Positions 41,501 to 54,098 of a stretch of 64,000 nucleotides of DNA are shown in pieces. This stretch comes from Tubiluchus corallicola. Lineage: Eukaryota > Animalia > Priapulida. The stretch is taken from NCBI GenBank assembly GCA_030141605.1, contig JAQGDQ010000013.1:634447-698446 (forward strand), in the 5' to 3' direction. The notes under the pieces are model-generated. The model was given only the letters and a program-made list of their open reading frames with translations. It had not been told where the DNA came from and made no database searches. Numbering within the stretch: the stretch's first letter is position 1; each line of letters starts with the position of its first letter. The translations under genes and the position numbers were made by a program.

Positions 41501-44500
41501 GAAACAGGGTTGTACTGAAGCTTTACTGTATTGCTGTTGCTGCAGAACCAACTTTACCAAAATCATTTTTCATTCACTGTTTTGTTTTTAAGCTTTCATT
41601 ATTTTTTTATTCTCTTCTTTTCACAACACAGTTTTTTTGGAAAATTGAAAAGGCACTGTCTTGAGTTTGCACCTTTCTAAGAGAAGATGCCTCGGTATTT
41701 TTCCTGAGGGTCTCATGTTTAGTGTTTAAAAGACATTCTTATAGAAGTTTGTTTTTTTATCACAGTGCTTGGTTATTTAACAATGAATTTGATTTCTATC
41801 GTAGAATTTTGTCTCAGTTCAACTATGATACGGAGAAAGAAATCCGATACTTGGAGTTGCTTAAGCTCAGGTTTGGAGAAGCTCAGTTGCACTATTGTGA
41901 GATAATGCTCAAAGATGTGGCTGATTCGAAGAGGATAAACACCTTAATTAAAACCAGCGACTTAAAATCAGCTGAAAAAGAGGTGCGTTTATTCACTTTT
42001 CTGTCACGTAGTTTATAGCGACAGTAAGAAAACTCTATCTTTGCACAGTCGAACCTTGTTATAAATACCCCCCGTCCGTTCTAACGCCAACTTTTGCCCT
42101 GTCCCGATTTCCATAATATATTAAATATAGGGCATACTGTCAACCTCGCCTACCGCCATCCGCCAACATAAAAGTCTCTTTTACATGATACATTTACCCT
42201 ATTATGACACCAGCTAAGATAAAATACAATGAATTTTTGCTGACAAACTCTATTCTGTTGCAAAAATGATGACCTCTGAGCAGAAAAACAACACTTATAA
42301 AACAATGACCTCTGACCAGAAAAACAATTATAGTGTTTAAGATTTAGGTCTTGTTGCAAGTGATTGTATGAAAGTGAAGAGGTTTTGAGCAAGGAACACG
42401 CATTTTAAAAGTGCAAGAGTTGCATAGCTTGAGTACTGAACCGATGTGAATTTAACGGCTGTAAATACTCAAGGTCAAGTTATATACGGCTATTTCTAGT
42501 CTTGTCCAGTAATGTAAAGTTGGGAGTGTGGGTGGGTCGCGTGGCTGCATATTTCTCTTATCAGCAGTTGGCTTATAGGCTCCATGTCGTGTTAGGTAAA
42601 AGTTTTGCTATGTACCACCGTAAAACTATACCTGCATTGTTAATGTAGCAAAAATATACAATATATAACACGTGTTCTTGCGGGTACAATAACATTATAC
42701 TACTTATCACATATTAAAATTAACTAGGAAACAAAATAGAGATTTCACAGCAGAATGGCTTTGATATTTAATGAACCTCGTCTCACCGCCAACCCCCTTG
42801 TAGCTCCATATTTAGTGGTGTCGGAAACGTGGCTTTATAACGAGGTTTCATTGTACCATGTTAATCGCTAAGCAGTTTTACTTATGGACTGAAAATGAAA
42901 GGAGTGATGATTGTGAGCAGAAATCATCCTTAAAACACAAGAAAACACTCTTCAACAAACAAAGTTCAGCTTTTAAAAATTCATCTCGAAATTTTATATG
43001 GCTTAAATGCTGTCTTACTACATTCAAGGCTACCATTAGCAGTAATGCTGTGTAAAACTTGTAAATTTAAGCATCTGCCATGGCCGGTAGGTGCAGCCAT
43101 ATTAACTGCGCTAACTAAGCGAACGAATAAATTACTGATTTATTGTCAGTTAGATTGGTAATGTGTTTTTTGGCGAATTAGCATTGCAGACTGAGTTGGC
43201 AATGCAGTGTCAATTTACCAGGTGGTATAATTTTTTAAATTATTATTCATTTTTCTTTCTAGTTACATTAGTCTGTCAAACAGATAAGCGTAATGCTGAG
43301 TTATATAACTTTGTATTGAAAGTTCTTTGGGATGCACTTTAAAATAAAATTTTCATTTCTTCTCCTTTAACTGTGTGCCTCCAAACTAACACCATCCATA
43401 AGTCGGCATGCTGCGTTATGGTGCTTCAAAGTAGAATGCATTAAAAATCTGGTCAAATGTCAATTTCTTGCTTTTTCATAAAACAAATGCTAAACCTGTT
43501 GGACTTTTATATTCTGGCATTAAATTATCAAGAAAATGTTCAAAAAATACTGAAAATCTAATTTTAAGATCCCATACCCTCTTTTCTGACTAGGGCTAAG
43601 AAACTAGTACTGCAATTGTAAAAAACTCGTATTTTCAAACTCCAATATCAGCTTGTGGAAGCAGTCATTTTGCTTTTGCTTTTTTCTGCTGCCAAACCCA
43701 GATCTTGAACCATCTACTGGATACTGGAAACATAATGTCAATGTGTTCTTGCAAAACCCATAGCAACCCACGTTTGTGCGGTTGCTAACTGTTTTGTAGA
43801 GACTTAACAAAAAACAATGGCTGACTTTAACAGTGATTTTCTCAAGGTTATGTTTTTCAACTGATTAGCCTGCACCTCAACTTCAACGAAGATTATCTCA
43901 GCTTTGAAATAACGTAGAGCAGTAAGCGTAGTATCAAAACAATCCTCATGAAATAGAGATTCAGGATATGTGAATAACTAGAAAAACTTATTTGTCAACT
44001 TAAGGGCGATTTTGCAAGCAAACAAATAATCACAGAATGAATAGAAAAACTTTGCTGTGGTTTTACTGCAAAATCTGTAGTTTAGTTTTGATGGGCATGA
44101 GAATTTTTCGTTACAGCATGAAGTGGTTTTTCATAATCTATCAAGACGATGTCAATTGTAGAATGTAACTCTTTTTCTTGTAGGAGATTCCAATCAATGC
44201 CATGATATTATCAGCACAATTCTGGCCAACGTTTCGCGAAGACAAACTGGAATTGCCGGAATCCATCAGTTCGGCTTTGAAAATTTACACCAAAAACTTC
44301 GAGGCGTTAAAAGGAAATAGGTAAAAATTTTATTCGCCTCAGTTTTATTTTTTGCAGTTTTTGTTACTTTCTGTTTCTATTATTGCTTTCTGTTAGAGCA
44401 ATAATAGCTTTGTTGGAGCAGCTTTCACAGCCGAGTGTTTAAGGGATCATATTGGTAGTGGGTTCAAACTTTTTTATAGTTGTTAATAATAATAATAATA

Positions 44501-44567
44501 ATAATAGTAGTAGTGGTGGTGATGGTGGTGGTGGTGGTGGCAGTGGCAGTAGCAGCAGTAGCGTAGT

Positions 44568-44604
<37 letters not shown>

Positions 44605-47600
44605 ATAATAATAATACTTTTGGTATGAATACTTTCTTAAATCAGCTGGCAACTAACTGGGTGTACTAATCCCAGGACTAGGGTTCAAATCTCGACTAGT
44701 CAACAATTTTTAAGTGTTTCTATTTTCTAACTCAGTACCTGCAATGTGTAATAATAGGTAAAATAAACTGCAATGGTTTATAAAAAATATGACTGTGATT
44801 GCCAAAATTTGGTCTGTCATGTTGGGCTGGTAGCTTAGGTGGTAAAGCGTGCGAGTACTAATCTCAGGTCCCAAGTTTGAATCCCAACTAGTCCACAACT
44901 TTTCAATGTCTCCTTTCTCCAACTTATCATCCTCAATGGATAATAATTCGTAAAATAAACTGCAATGGTTGATAAAAATTCTGGCAATCACAGTAATAAT
45001 TAATTAACGACGTTAGTTGCCAGCTAATTTGGAACAGTTGATTCTTCTTCTTCCCAGCTTATCCCTATGCGGGTTCGCCGCTGTGAATGAGTCTTCTCCA
45101 CGCATTCCTGTTGTTGACCATCTCTTCATTTATGTTCTTCTCTCTAAGGTCTCCATTAATACATTCAATCCATCTCCGCTTGGGTCTTCCTCTTCTTCTA
45201 TTTCCCAGCACTTCCATTTCCATGACCTCCCTTCCCACGTTATCTTCCCCGACTCTTCTTTTCAGGTGTCCATACCATCGCAATTTTGCGAGGCTTCCAC
45301 TACTTTTACTGTTCCTCTGATATTATTATTTCTAATTTTATCTCTTCTTGTTATTCCCACCATCCATCTCAACATCCTCATCTTCACCACACCCATTTTC
45401 TTCTCTTCAGTCTTCTTTAGAGAAGCTGCTTCCAGCCCATAGATTAGAGCGGGTCTGACCACTTCTTTGTGGGCTTTACCTTTAAGTCTCACCGACTCAT
45501 TCATAGAAAGTTTTTGGCGCAGTTTTTACAGGCGGATGCCATTCCTGACCCTAACTCTCCCTATTTATCCGGGCTTGGGACCGGCACTGAGTTGGGCTGG
45601 CTTGACCCCCCCCCTCCCAGTGGCTAGGCTAATTTGGAACAGTTGATAATTATTTGTTTCATTCAAACATTGGCTGGGCACTAAGACTAGAACTGTTCTG
45701 TTTAGTCTAGTATAATATTAGAATCTTAAATTTAATCTGCATGAATGTAACAAAATGAATGTTTCTTTAACCAGTTTTTAATTACTGATTATTGTTTGAA
45801 TAACAAGGTTACATTTCATTTCAGGACATTATCATGGAAACCTCACCTGGGATTAGTTAACCTTGAGCTTGAATTAAAGGACAGGAAGATCAATGTTAAC
45901 TGCACACCTGTGCATGCAACAATAATCATGCACTTTGAGACAAAAAGTAAGCATTAAAGCAAAACCGGACCAAATCTTAAACTGCAGGTCAAAACAATCT
46001 ACTCTTTAAAATATTGAAATGAAACACCGTTTTTTAAAGAATGACTTTCGTGAAAGAATTATTACCACACAAACACAATTTCTCGTTCGCGCCACTAGTT
46101 AGCCACATTTCGCCATTTGCTAGTTAGACGTGCACTAGCGCCTGCATTTCGAAAGCGCGTTATACAAAAAACAGGTGCTGTACCTCTCAGTTCAGATGTG
46201 TTGGTTTGTGATGAACTGCACACGTTCGACAGATCATGTGAGCACAGCAGTGAATTTGAAATTTGGATTTTTATGTTAAAACTTGCCTAGTACAACACTG
46301 AATATCTTACAGTAGCACTGTACTTCAATTTTGGTTTTCGCAAACATGTGCAACACGCTCATGGAATATTTTTACTGTTGAAAATTATGTTATTTGTGAT
46401 GTCATCAATAGTTAGGCTCGCGTTTGTGTTACTTTTTTCAGTTTTGGAGGAACCCTACCATTTATCGAAATGTGTCTTATTGGATTTGAAACATTGAACA
46501 TCAAGTGGTACAGTACTGGCACTGCTCTGATTTTGATTTGCTTGAATTGCTGTACTTTAAGAGACAATCTATGCAGTGCGAAATTTGTAGACTTCTAATA
46601 CAATATTATTATTCATTAAAGAAAAACGATGATTTTTCATATACTAGCCCATTTTCAAGTCTGATAAGAAGTATACATTTTAACACAATTAATACTAGAA
46701 AAGCACTTCTGATAATTAAATAATAGATTAAAAACTTAATTAATGGCGGGCAAGCCAACTATTGATGACATCACAAACTAACATAATTTTCAACAGCAAA
46801 AATATTCCCACGTGCGTGTTAAAAATTGAAGTACAGTGCTACTGTAAGATTTTCAGTGTGTTTTACTAAAGGCAAGTGTTAAGATGAAAATTCAAATTTC
46901 AAATTTACCACAGTGCTTATGCATGACCTGTCATACGTGTGCAGTATGTCACAAACTAACTCATCTGAAGTGAGAGGCACAGCAACTGTTTTTTCTGCAA
47001 TGTATTTCTGAAATGCAGGCGCTAGTGCCCGTTTAACCAGTGAATGATGAAATGCATGTATCAGCAAAGAACAGGTGATTTCTGTATTTTTTGCATTTTT
47101 AGCCAAATGGACAGTTGAAGAACTGAGTGCCGTCATGCACATACCCGTGTCCATCTTGAGACGTAAAATTGCTTTCTGGCAAAGCCAAGGTTTACTGAAA
47201 GAGGAAACAACGGACACGTTTTACCTGGTCGAAGAAGGCAAAGAAGCCAGACATGATGTAGCGATGATAGACATGGAAGAAGAAGAGGAATCAGCTATGG
47301 CTTCGTCACATGATCAAAGAGAAGAGGAACTACAGGTAAGTTTGCTAAAATCTAGTAAAAAAGGTAATTTTAACATTATTTAACTTTCACAACAACTTTT
47401 TTATAGTTTTTTTTACAGTTTGTCAGAGATGTCACCCAGGGCCAGCTGTACCACTATGCAAACTAAGCAGCTGTCTAGGGTGCCAAATTTTGGGGGGGGA
47501 GGGGTTGCAAAATTCTGGAAGTGATTCTTTCATTTTTTAGTTAAGCATAATTAATAATACAGTGACTGATGGAGTTACCAAGTTCTTGTCCGCAGTTTAT

Positions 47601-48704
47601 ATCATATGCATAGGACAGCAGACAAAGTAACGACTTTTTCCGTTAATAAAAAATCTCTTTCATTAGCGTTTATCTAATCATGGCAGATGAACTTATAAGA
47701 ATCGAAGCCTTTGGGAATGTAGTACAGGAAACTAAAGTAAACAAAACCTGACAGCTTTGAACAACAGCAATATTTTAAATGAAGTATTTGCAATCAGACC
47801 AAAGTTGTATGGTTGTGAAGGTGATGATACTTAGATGAGTGTGAAAAAGAGGAGTCAGACTCAGTCAGTGTTTCAAACATTTTCTGATGAAAACGCTGAG
47901 GGAAAATATGTACACGAAGACTGCGCAGCAGAAATTTTAGAAATTTTGATTGTTTCTGATGACCTGCGACGTACAATGAGGTCAATTTCTAATGTAGCAG
48001 TAGATAGGTAATTAACTACTGTTAATTACCACACTAAAGTACATGTATATACAGGCCCAACAGACAAGTACCATTATACTTTAATGTATGCAACAAAAAT
48101 TCAGCTTTGTACGTGGGTGTATTGGGTCTCTATAGTCGGGATTGACCGTTGAAGAAGGGGCACTAAAAATAGTTTTGCTTAGGGCGCCAAACTACCTACT
48201 GCCGGCCCTAATGTCACGCCAAGTAGCTTAACCCTCGCTCTGTAACTGTAATGGCGTTAGAAAAATCATCATTATTTTTGCCATCAAATTAATTGAGTCT
48301 CATCCATCAGCCTGCTCTCACTAAGCTGAGGTAAAGTCTAGCGTAAGTAATAATTACATTCAGAATTATTTAATGAGAGCTGATTGGCTGTCATTCATAT
48401 TATCAACATACATTATCATGATTGCTGCAGTAAGACTTCTCTGCTGATTGAGCAGTGATTAATATTACTTCCCTGTGACTGCTGCTTTTAGGTATTCTGG
48501 TCGTACATCGTCGGCATGCTGACAAACCTAGAAAGTCTGGCTCTAGACAAGATTCACACTATGTTGAAGATGTTTGCCATGCAAGGACCTGCTACGAGTG
48601 AGTGTAGCGTGCAGGAACTCAAACATTTTTTAGACAGAAAAGTGAAGGAGCAACAGTTGACGTTTAGCGGTGGCATGTATAGACTACCTAAAACTGGTAG
48701 CTAG
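28211..48704 (+). CDS. ANAPC2: Anaphase-promoting complex subunit 2 (cullin-like), 16 exons, ~797 aa
   Basis: Exons 28211-28282, 29311-29511, 30439-30549, 31112-31271, 32804-32915, 34156-34288, 35193-35373, 37038-37157, 38040-38157, 39458-39591, 40145-40313, 41805-41982, 44184-44320, 45825-45946, 47103-47335, 48492-48704, all phase-consistent. Motifs RLLHPGVNTSDIL, WCPDPVEADP, DIISMLVNIYGSKELFVNEYR, ELLKLRFGE, CEIMLKDVADSKRIN, FWSYIVGMLTNL. Confidence 0.95.
28400..28481. repeat. (TG)n microsatellite
   Basis: ~40 TG units in ANAPC2 intron 1. Confidence 0.95.
28650..29070 (+). mobile_element. CR1/L2-type LINE 3' remnant
   Basis: LYKAVLVRPVLEYAC, SLEQRR, HGHNYKLF...RTNIRAHFS..VVGPWNS motifs with frameshifts. 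Confidence 0.7.
29620..29985. mobile_element. Interspersed repeat; inverted partner at ~40690-41035
   Basis: cttaacgac...gcaaaatgcaacat...aaacaaagccaag...gttgctatagcaacagg matches the reverse complement of 40690-41035. Confidence 0.65.
31517..32069. mobile_element. MITE (CAGTGGC... ends); related inverted copy at ~56206-56600
   Basis: Ends cagtggctgctcg / gagccgccact; internal similarity to 56206-56600. Confidence 0.6.
34382..34976. mobile_element. hAT-like MITE carrying a GC-rich ~36-bp minisatellite (~34673-34925, ~7 copies)
   Basis: Ends CAGGGCTG...CAGCCCTG; internal unit ggtgctggcgagttagagggtggctccatctgagg. Confidence 0.7.
35400..35515. repeat. (GGT)/(GAT)n microsatellite
   Basis: Triplet run just inside ANAPC2 intron 7; gives the spurious poly-Asp/Ser ORFs. 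Confidence 0.9.
36270..36694. repeat. 85-bp tandem repeat, 5 copies
   Basis: Unit starts ctaatgttggc at 36270, 36355, 36440, 36525, 36610. Confidence 0.9.
37393..38093 (+). repeat. Tandem array (78-bp and 56-bp units) of the ANAPC2 intron 8/exon 9 junction
   Basis: 78-bp unit = pyrimidine-rich tract + CAG + first ~50 nt of exon 9; acceptor AGs end at 37537, 37727, 37805, 37883, 37961, 38039; 56-bp deleted units upstream. Confidence 0.95.
38570..39105. mobile_element. Interspersed repeat; inverted partner at ~43415-44020
   Basis: ...gcattctactttgaagcatcataacg matches the reverse complement of cgttatggtgcttcaaagtagaatgc (43415), with similarity along the body. Confidence 0.7.
44478..44615. 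repeat. Compound triplet microsatellite (AAT/AGT/GGT/AGC)
   Basis: Directly visible runs. Confidence 0.9.
44825..44895 (+). pseudogene. Degenerate tRNA-like / SINE head
   Basis: A-box-like tagcttaggtgg and B-box-like gtttgaatcc; a more decayed copy at ~44640-44702; stems imperfect. Confidence 0.35.
45043..45627 (-). mobile_element. Internally deleted RTE-clade LINE derivative
   Basis: 20-bp TSD gctaatttggaacagttgat (45023-45042 / 45628-45647); (GAA)n tail; RTE C-terminal peptides (VVRPALIYGLE, MRMLRWMVGITRRDKIRN, RRRGRPKRRW); RTE 5'UTR-like motif gtgccggtcccaagcccggataaa. Confidence 0.88.
47437..48210. mobile_element. hAT-like MITE in last ANAPC2 intron
   Basis: CAGGGCCAG...CCGGCCCTA ends; 8-bp TSD atgtcacc/atgtcacg. 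Confidence 0.75.
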
Positions 48705-48791
48705 CAAATGCAATTTATCTATGAAATGTATTTTATCAAAGGTACCATTCATCTCCGTACCCTATAATATATACATGTACATATTTTGTGA

Positions 48792-48797
48792 AATAAA
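48792..48797 (+). terminator. Candidate ANAPC2 polyadenylation signal
   Basis: AATAAA ~90 nt after the stop, followed by T-rich sequence. Confidence 0.55.
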
Positions 48798-50225
48798 TGT
48801 TTTTTTGTACACAAACTACAAAATTATTCTGTTTCTTAAAATTTTTTTGCAAATATCATTGGTGGTAGTTAGATTAGTTCCTAACTTTCATTCCAAGATT
48901 GAAGCACCTTCAGTATGACTTTACGTGAAGCAATAGACAATGCACCCTCTACCTTGGATTCTCTAGTTTTGTGTCTGGAAGGAGCTGGAAAAATTGATCA
49001 ATCATTAATTCATAGTCACTCAACCAAGTACAGACTTGTATTAACTTTGCTAAACTTTGGCATTTGTCTTTGAGTAAAATGCTTGCTTTGAGACTGCATC
49101 TATGCAAAAACGGCAATCTTAAAAAGCAAAAAGTAAATATTTGAAATCCTATCGAGTGATAGTTTTATTTCACAAATACAGGATAGAGCCTGGATTTTTG
49201 TGGCATGGCAAAACTAGCGTTGTTTAAAAGAATGTCCACGACAAAACATACAAATTTGTTAAATTTATCATCTATTTTGACTTGTACTGGTTGTTATGAC
49301 TGCTATTGGGCTTTGATAAAGGTTATGGTAACTCCTAGAGTACTTTCAACTTGGCCCTAGAGGCTTTAAGGAAAATATTGGTTAGGCACTGAATCAGCTT
49401 GGCACTGGTCCAGGAAATCTTATGTAAATCAATGCAAATTCTTATCAAATTCACATGCGTGTAAAATTTGATAAGCGATGGGCTAAAATTGCTCACGGTC
49501 ATTTTTTCTTGTCAACTTTCGCAGGACTTTGGTGATATTTGCTAGTATTTGTTTTTTGCACAAGTTACTTGTGTTGGTATAACAATGTGTGGTTATTTTA
49601 GCTTAGGGCACCACATTTTAGGCGTCCAGTTTTTAAAAAAATTAATCTCCTCGGAAAATGTGTGACCATTCATATTCATGTAAAACAAACATTGTATAAC
49701 ACACCACAGGCAGTTACTGAGATCAGTTGCTATATAAGTGCCACATAACGAACAAGTACAAAGCATTACACAACAAACAGTTGCCCAGCCAGCTTGTATA
49801 TAAGCGCAGAACATATATTTTCGTAATTAACAACGACCATGTAGAAGCTAGGTTAATAGTATTACTAATACACTACAAGTAATTGTGTAACCTATTCAGT
49901 ATATAATCAATCATAAATTCACAATACAGATGGTGGGACAAATCTATCAGTCTAGGGAGCATCGTGAAACCTTGATACGCCCGTTTGTAGTCCATGTAAT
50001 GACTTTTTTTCCAATAAATCACCTTCATTAAGCACCTCTGGAAATCAGCACAATGCCCAAAAAAACACGTTTCAGGGCTCATTATTTAACCCGGTTGGAC
50101 AGCAGCGTTGTTCAGTTGTACCCTAAGGGCAGTCAGTCCGTAACCTATCACTAACGCTTTCTAAGCCATCGTCATTTGTCTCATTATAAATGAGATGTGT
50201 ATTTACTACTTTGACTGTTTGAAAC

Positions 50226-53200
50226 ATGAATCAATGTACAATGCAGGTTCAGTAAACTGACGTACATTTTCTATTGTATCTGATACTTCTAGCAGTCACA
50301 TGTAGACGGTAGCGTTCATCTTTCGCAAACAGGTGTGCTATAGTAACTTCATTGACAGTAATTAGCTCTATCAGATCATCAGTAGTTTGTGCAAAACTTG
50401 CATAAGGTGGCAACCATTTAACGAGGAAAAAACTTGGACTTACAGTAAAAGCCAATTTAATGTGTATAAATCAGCAGGAATAGTAGCAGTGAAGAAGATC
50501 TCGTGTACATACTGTAATAAAGATTTATATTTTTGTACTGATCTAATTTTTATTGAAATGTGAGATGTAAAATGTACGTAGCTTGCATTTCTGACTGCTC
50601 TTCATACAAGATAGCGGTCCTGGATTACTGTGTCGTTGATCCTTCTGTCAAAGATGCAAAAGAAGAAACGATTCCTGATGCAAAATGTAAGTAAATTATC
50701 CTAATAAATCAATCTATGTAGTTGGCTTGATATTCATAATGTACATGTTAACAGCTTGGCTGTAGTAAGTGGGCTGAGAACCTAATTTGAAATTTTTTCT
50801 TGTATATTTCTTTTATGCCTCGTTACAAAGTCGCATTACATCACGAAATCATAGTATAGTTCTTAGTGTTGTCTTTCATAGTTAAATATATGCCCTAAAC
50901 AGGGCCCACTAATCAATTATAATAATAATAATAATATTTATTTAAAGTCGGCTTTTGGGTCAACAATTAACATTAGCTCAAAGAGCTATTATCGCCTACT
51001 GTAAATAACAAACTACAACTACATAACATATTATTACCCCACTTTTACTCTAAATACCCTACCTCAGGCAGGGCAAAGCAGGTACCATTTTTTAAAGTCT
51101 TTGGTATGACCCGGCCGCTGGTTCAAACTCACGACCTCCCAGACGGAAAGCAGACACATTACCACTAGACTAAACCGTCTGGTCATAAAATATTATATTA
51201 GATAATTTAAAACTATGACTTGGTAGATTCTATGAAAAAATATGGAGTGATACACTAGTACGTAGTTTGCGATATTGGCTGGTAGATAAGTGTTTAATGA
51301 CTGTAAATAACTGTGTTCATTTTTATTTTTAGCTGTTAAAGAGCTGGTACACCTGTATGAGAACATAGCATCTGATTCCAGCATTGGCTGTATGAACCAA
51401 TGTAACACATCCTCAGTTGATGCTAATCATGAAATTCTTCATGGTAAATTGAAGCCAAATTTCTACACGCAGAATGAAGATCCAGTAGCATATGACATCG
51501 GACACGCTACGGTAGTTACTGAAGCTAAAGATGCTGAGGAGAGATCAGCGGTAATTAACTACTAATGACAATCTAAATTGACGACATGTCTTCCGTAGTT
51601 CGTCGAGTCCAAACATGTTAACATTATTACACATTTGTATACCGAAAACAAAATTGGCATTTACAGTTTTACATACTTACATGTTCTTTATTTTAAGTGA
51701 TAATTGTTGTTCCAACAAATCATATATTAGGGTAATTATTTTGCTATCCAAGATAGGACACAATGTAAATAATAATACGTATTACATACATGTGTAAATA
51801 AATACAAGTCGTAATTGTAGCTTGCATTCTGTTTGTATCTAGGTGGCTAGACATACGAGTATTCATTACATTACATAATTTTCCAGATAAAAACTTGTTC
51901 GTTATTGATGCTACAGTCAGATACAAGTATTTGTACAATACCTAAGAAAAGTACAGCTTATAGTACTATATTGTTAAATTCAATTCAATTCAATTTTATT
52001 TTCTCAATAGCAGTTAAAATTCGTCATAATTATTTTTACATTTCATTGCAGCTGAGAAGAAGCAGAATGAATCTGGCCAGAATCTTTTTTAATTATTAAA
52101 ACATTGCTTGCCTAATGACGTCGATAATAGACGTGTGTATCTAATATTTAACAAAATTATGGTGCTGATAAATATTTCATATTTCTGTTCACCGTTGTAT
52201 TATATTAGGTCATCTTTTATACAATCATAAATGGTGGCTAATTTAAATCTTACCATAGGTTTCTCATCTATTGGAGAATCAGAAGGCATTAATACTTAGT
52301 GGTCTAGCGGGTGTGGAAGCAACGAAACAATGCATATTAGCAGAACTAATCTCTCTACAGAATTTCAACACAGCGTCGCTATCAAACGGACAAGCTGTTG
52401 ATACAAAGATAAGCAAAGTAAACATTCTGTGAATTATAACATTTCACTGAAAAAGCTTCAATTACAGCGATTTTACACGTTTCAAACATTTACATATTGG
52501 CAGTTTCACAGTACAATTTCAAAATTCCTGATACTTTTAGTGCATTGTAGTGTTATATCTAGATAATTTGTTTAACTCCTTCAGGGCCGCACCACTTAAA
52601 GTAGGTCTTATATGACCTATGGCTTTTCTGCTACTGTATGAGCACAGACATAGCTAGATGATTACAAATTAAGGTTCTATTCGGGAGAATCTTGGTCAAC
52701 CAATCATGCTATGTGTTTAAACATTTATACATGATTTAATTGGATAAAATTAAGAAAAACATGCAATCTTCACGCACTCTAACTTAGCCTATTGAGTAGA
52801 GTAGTCTGGTGTACACCTGTGTGATCGTACACACTATTTTATTGATCACCTGCTTGCTACAGCCCAAGAGAACCCACTGCTGTACAGAGTGCCAGTGAAA
52901 ACCAACCGACCAGCCAAGAAGAAATTAGGGTGGTCTCATCTTTTAACAGGAACTTTTCCTTAAAAACCGAGTAAACTTAAGGCCAAAGTGTATCACAGTG
53001 TTGTGTCTGAATATTTGAAATTTTCAGAGTGTAAGTATAAGTGATACTGTACATTGTTACAGTGCAAACACTACAGTTACTGAAAGCTTTTTTTTCAATT
53101 TATTCGTCAAAAATTGATTTTTAATAAGGTAAGCAAATGCATTTCATATTTAATTTTGCATGAAAATCCATCCTCAAGGAGTAGAAACCTAGAAAAAATA

Positions 53201-54098
53201 TCAAATATAATGTAATTGCTGCTTAGTGGGAGCAGGTTTTCATAAACCCATGTAAAATGCAGCAAATGCTTATGGTCCCGAAGGAGTTACAGAAATTGGT
53301 TCATTGAGATAATAATACTTCACTTTTTTCTCTTTTCATTTGTGTTCTTGTTATACACTACTAGGAAGTAACAAAGACCTTACATCATGCTGACAATCTG
53401 GTGCATAAAGAACATGAAAGTGAAAGAAATCTCAATTCTTTAGACTGTGAAACAATCTACCTTCAGGTCCTAGAGGAAGAGAATGATTTTCTGACAGAGG
53501 TAACACGCGGTACATGTTAATAACGACCGAGAGGTTTTGATAAACACCTAAATTAATAATATAATAGCTGCCAAAAGTGGTGTTTACCCAGCGTCTGAAT
53601 GCGGATGCGTTTTGTGGGGTGCAGAACAGATAAAATCTGTTTATATTGTTTTAAATGCACCTGTTTATGCAGCCTGCGTATATTTATTCTTTTTCTGCAG
53701 CTATTCCTATAGATTTTTTTTGCTGGCTGTTCCGCAAGTGGAAAGTGCATCCACATCTGGATGCTGGGTAAATGGCACTTTAGTAAGTGCACAATAAAGC
53801 AATGTTATATCAGTTGTTTCAACTTTCTAGTACCAGAACATCACAGTACTGCATTGTTACAGGTATTTATAGTTGCACTCTGTAGAAAGAAATCTTGTTA
53901 ACTTTTGTCAATTTCAACTGTTTTGCTTTAGTTAAAAACAAATTTTATTTTAGCAAAAAATTTTGATCTGAACATTTTTTTCAGAATGTGGCTGCAATGG
54001 ACAGGAGAATTACCAAACTGAAACAAGAGAAACAAGCCCTGCTAACTGAACTTCTCACTACTGTTGATTATAGTTATAACACTTATGGGAGTGAATAA
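50226..54098 (+). CDS. Unrecognised ~240-aa protein with C-terminal coiled coil (spliced model)
   Basis: Exons 50226-50246 (tentative), 50611-50686, 51333-51550, 52259-52417, 53365-53499, 53985-54098(TAA). All GT-AG, phase-consistent and stop-free; AATAAA at 54121. Confidence 0.68.
50918..51184 (-). mobile_element. tRNA-derived SINE (Meta-core-like)
   Basis: Reverse-complement copy of 57458-57730, with A/B boxes and an (ATT)n tail. Confidence 0.85.
52576..53286. mobile_element. piggyBac-like MITE
   Basis: ttaa|CTCCTTCAGGG...CCCGAAGGAG|ttac; homologous to 13111-13804. Confidence 0.75.
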
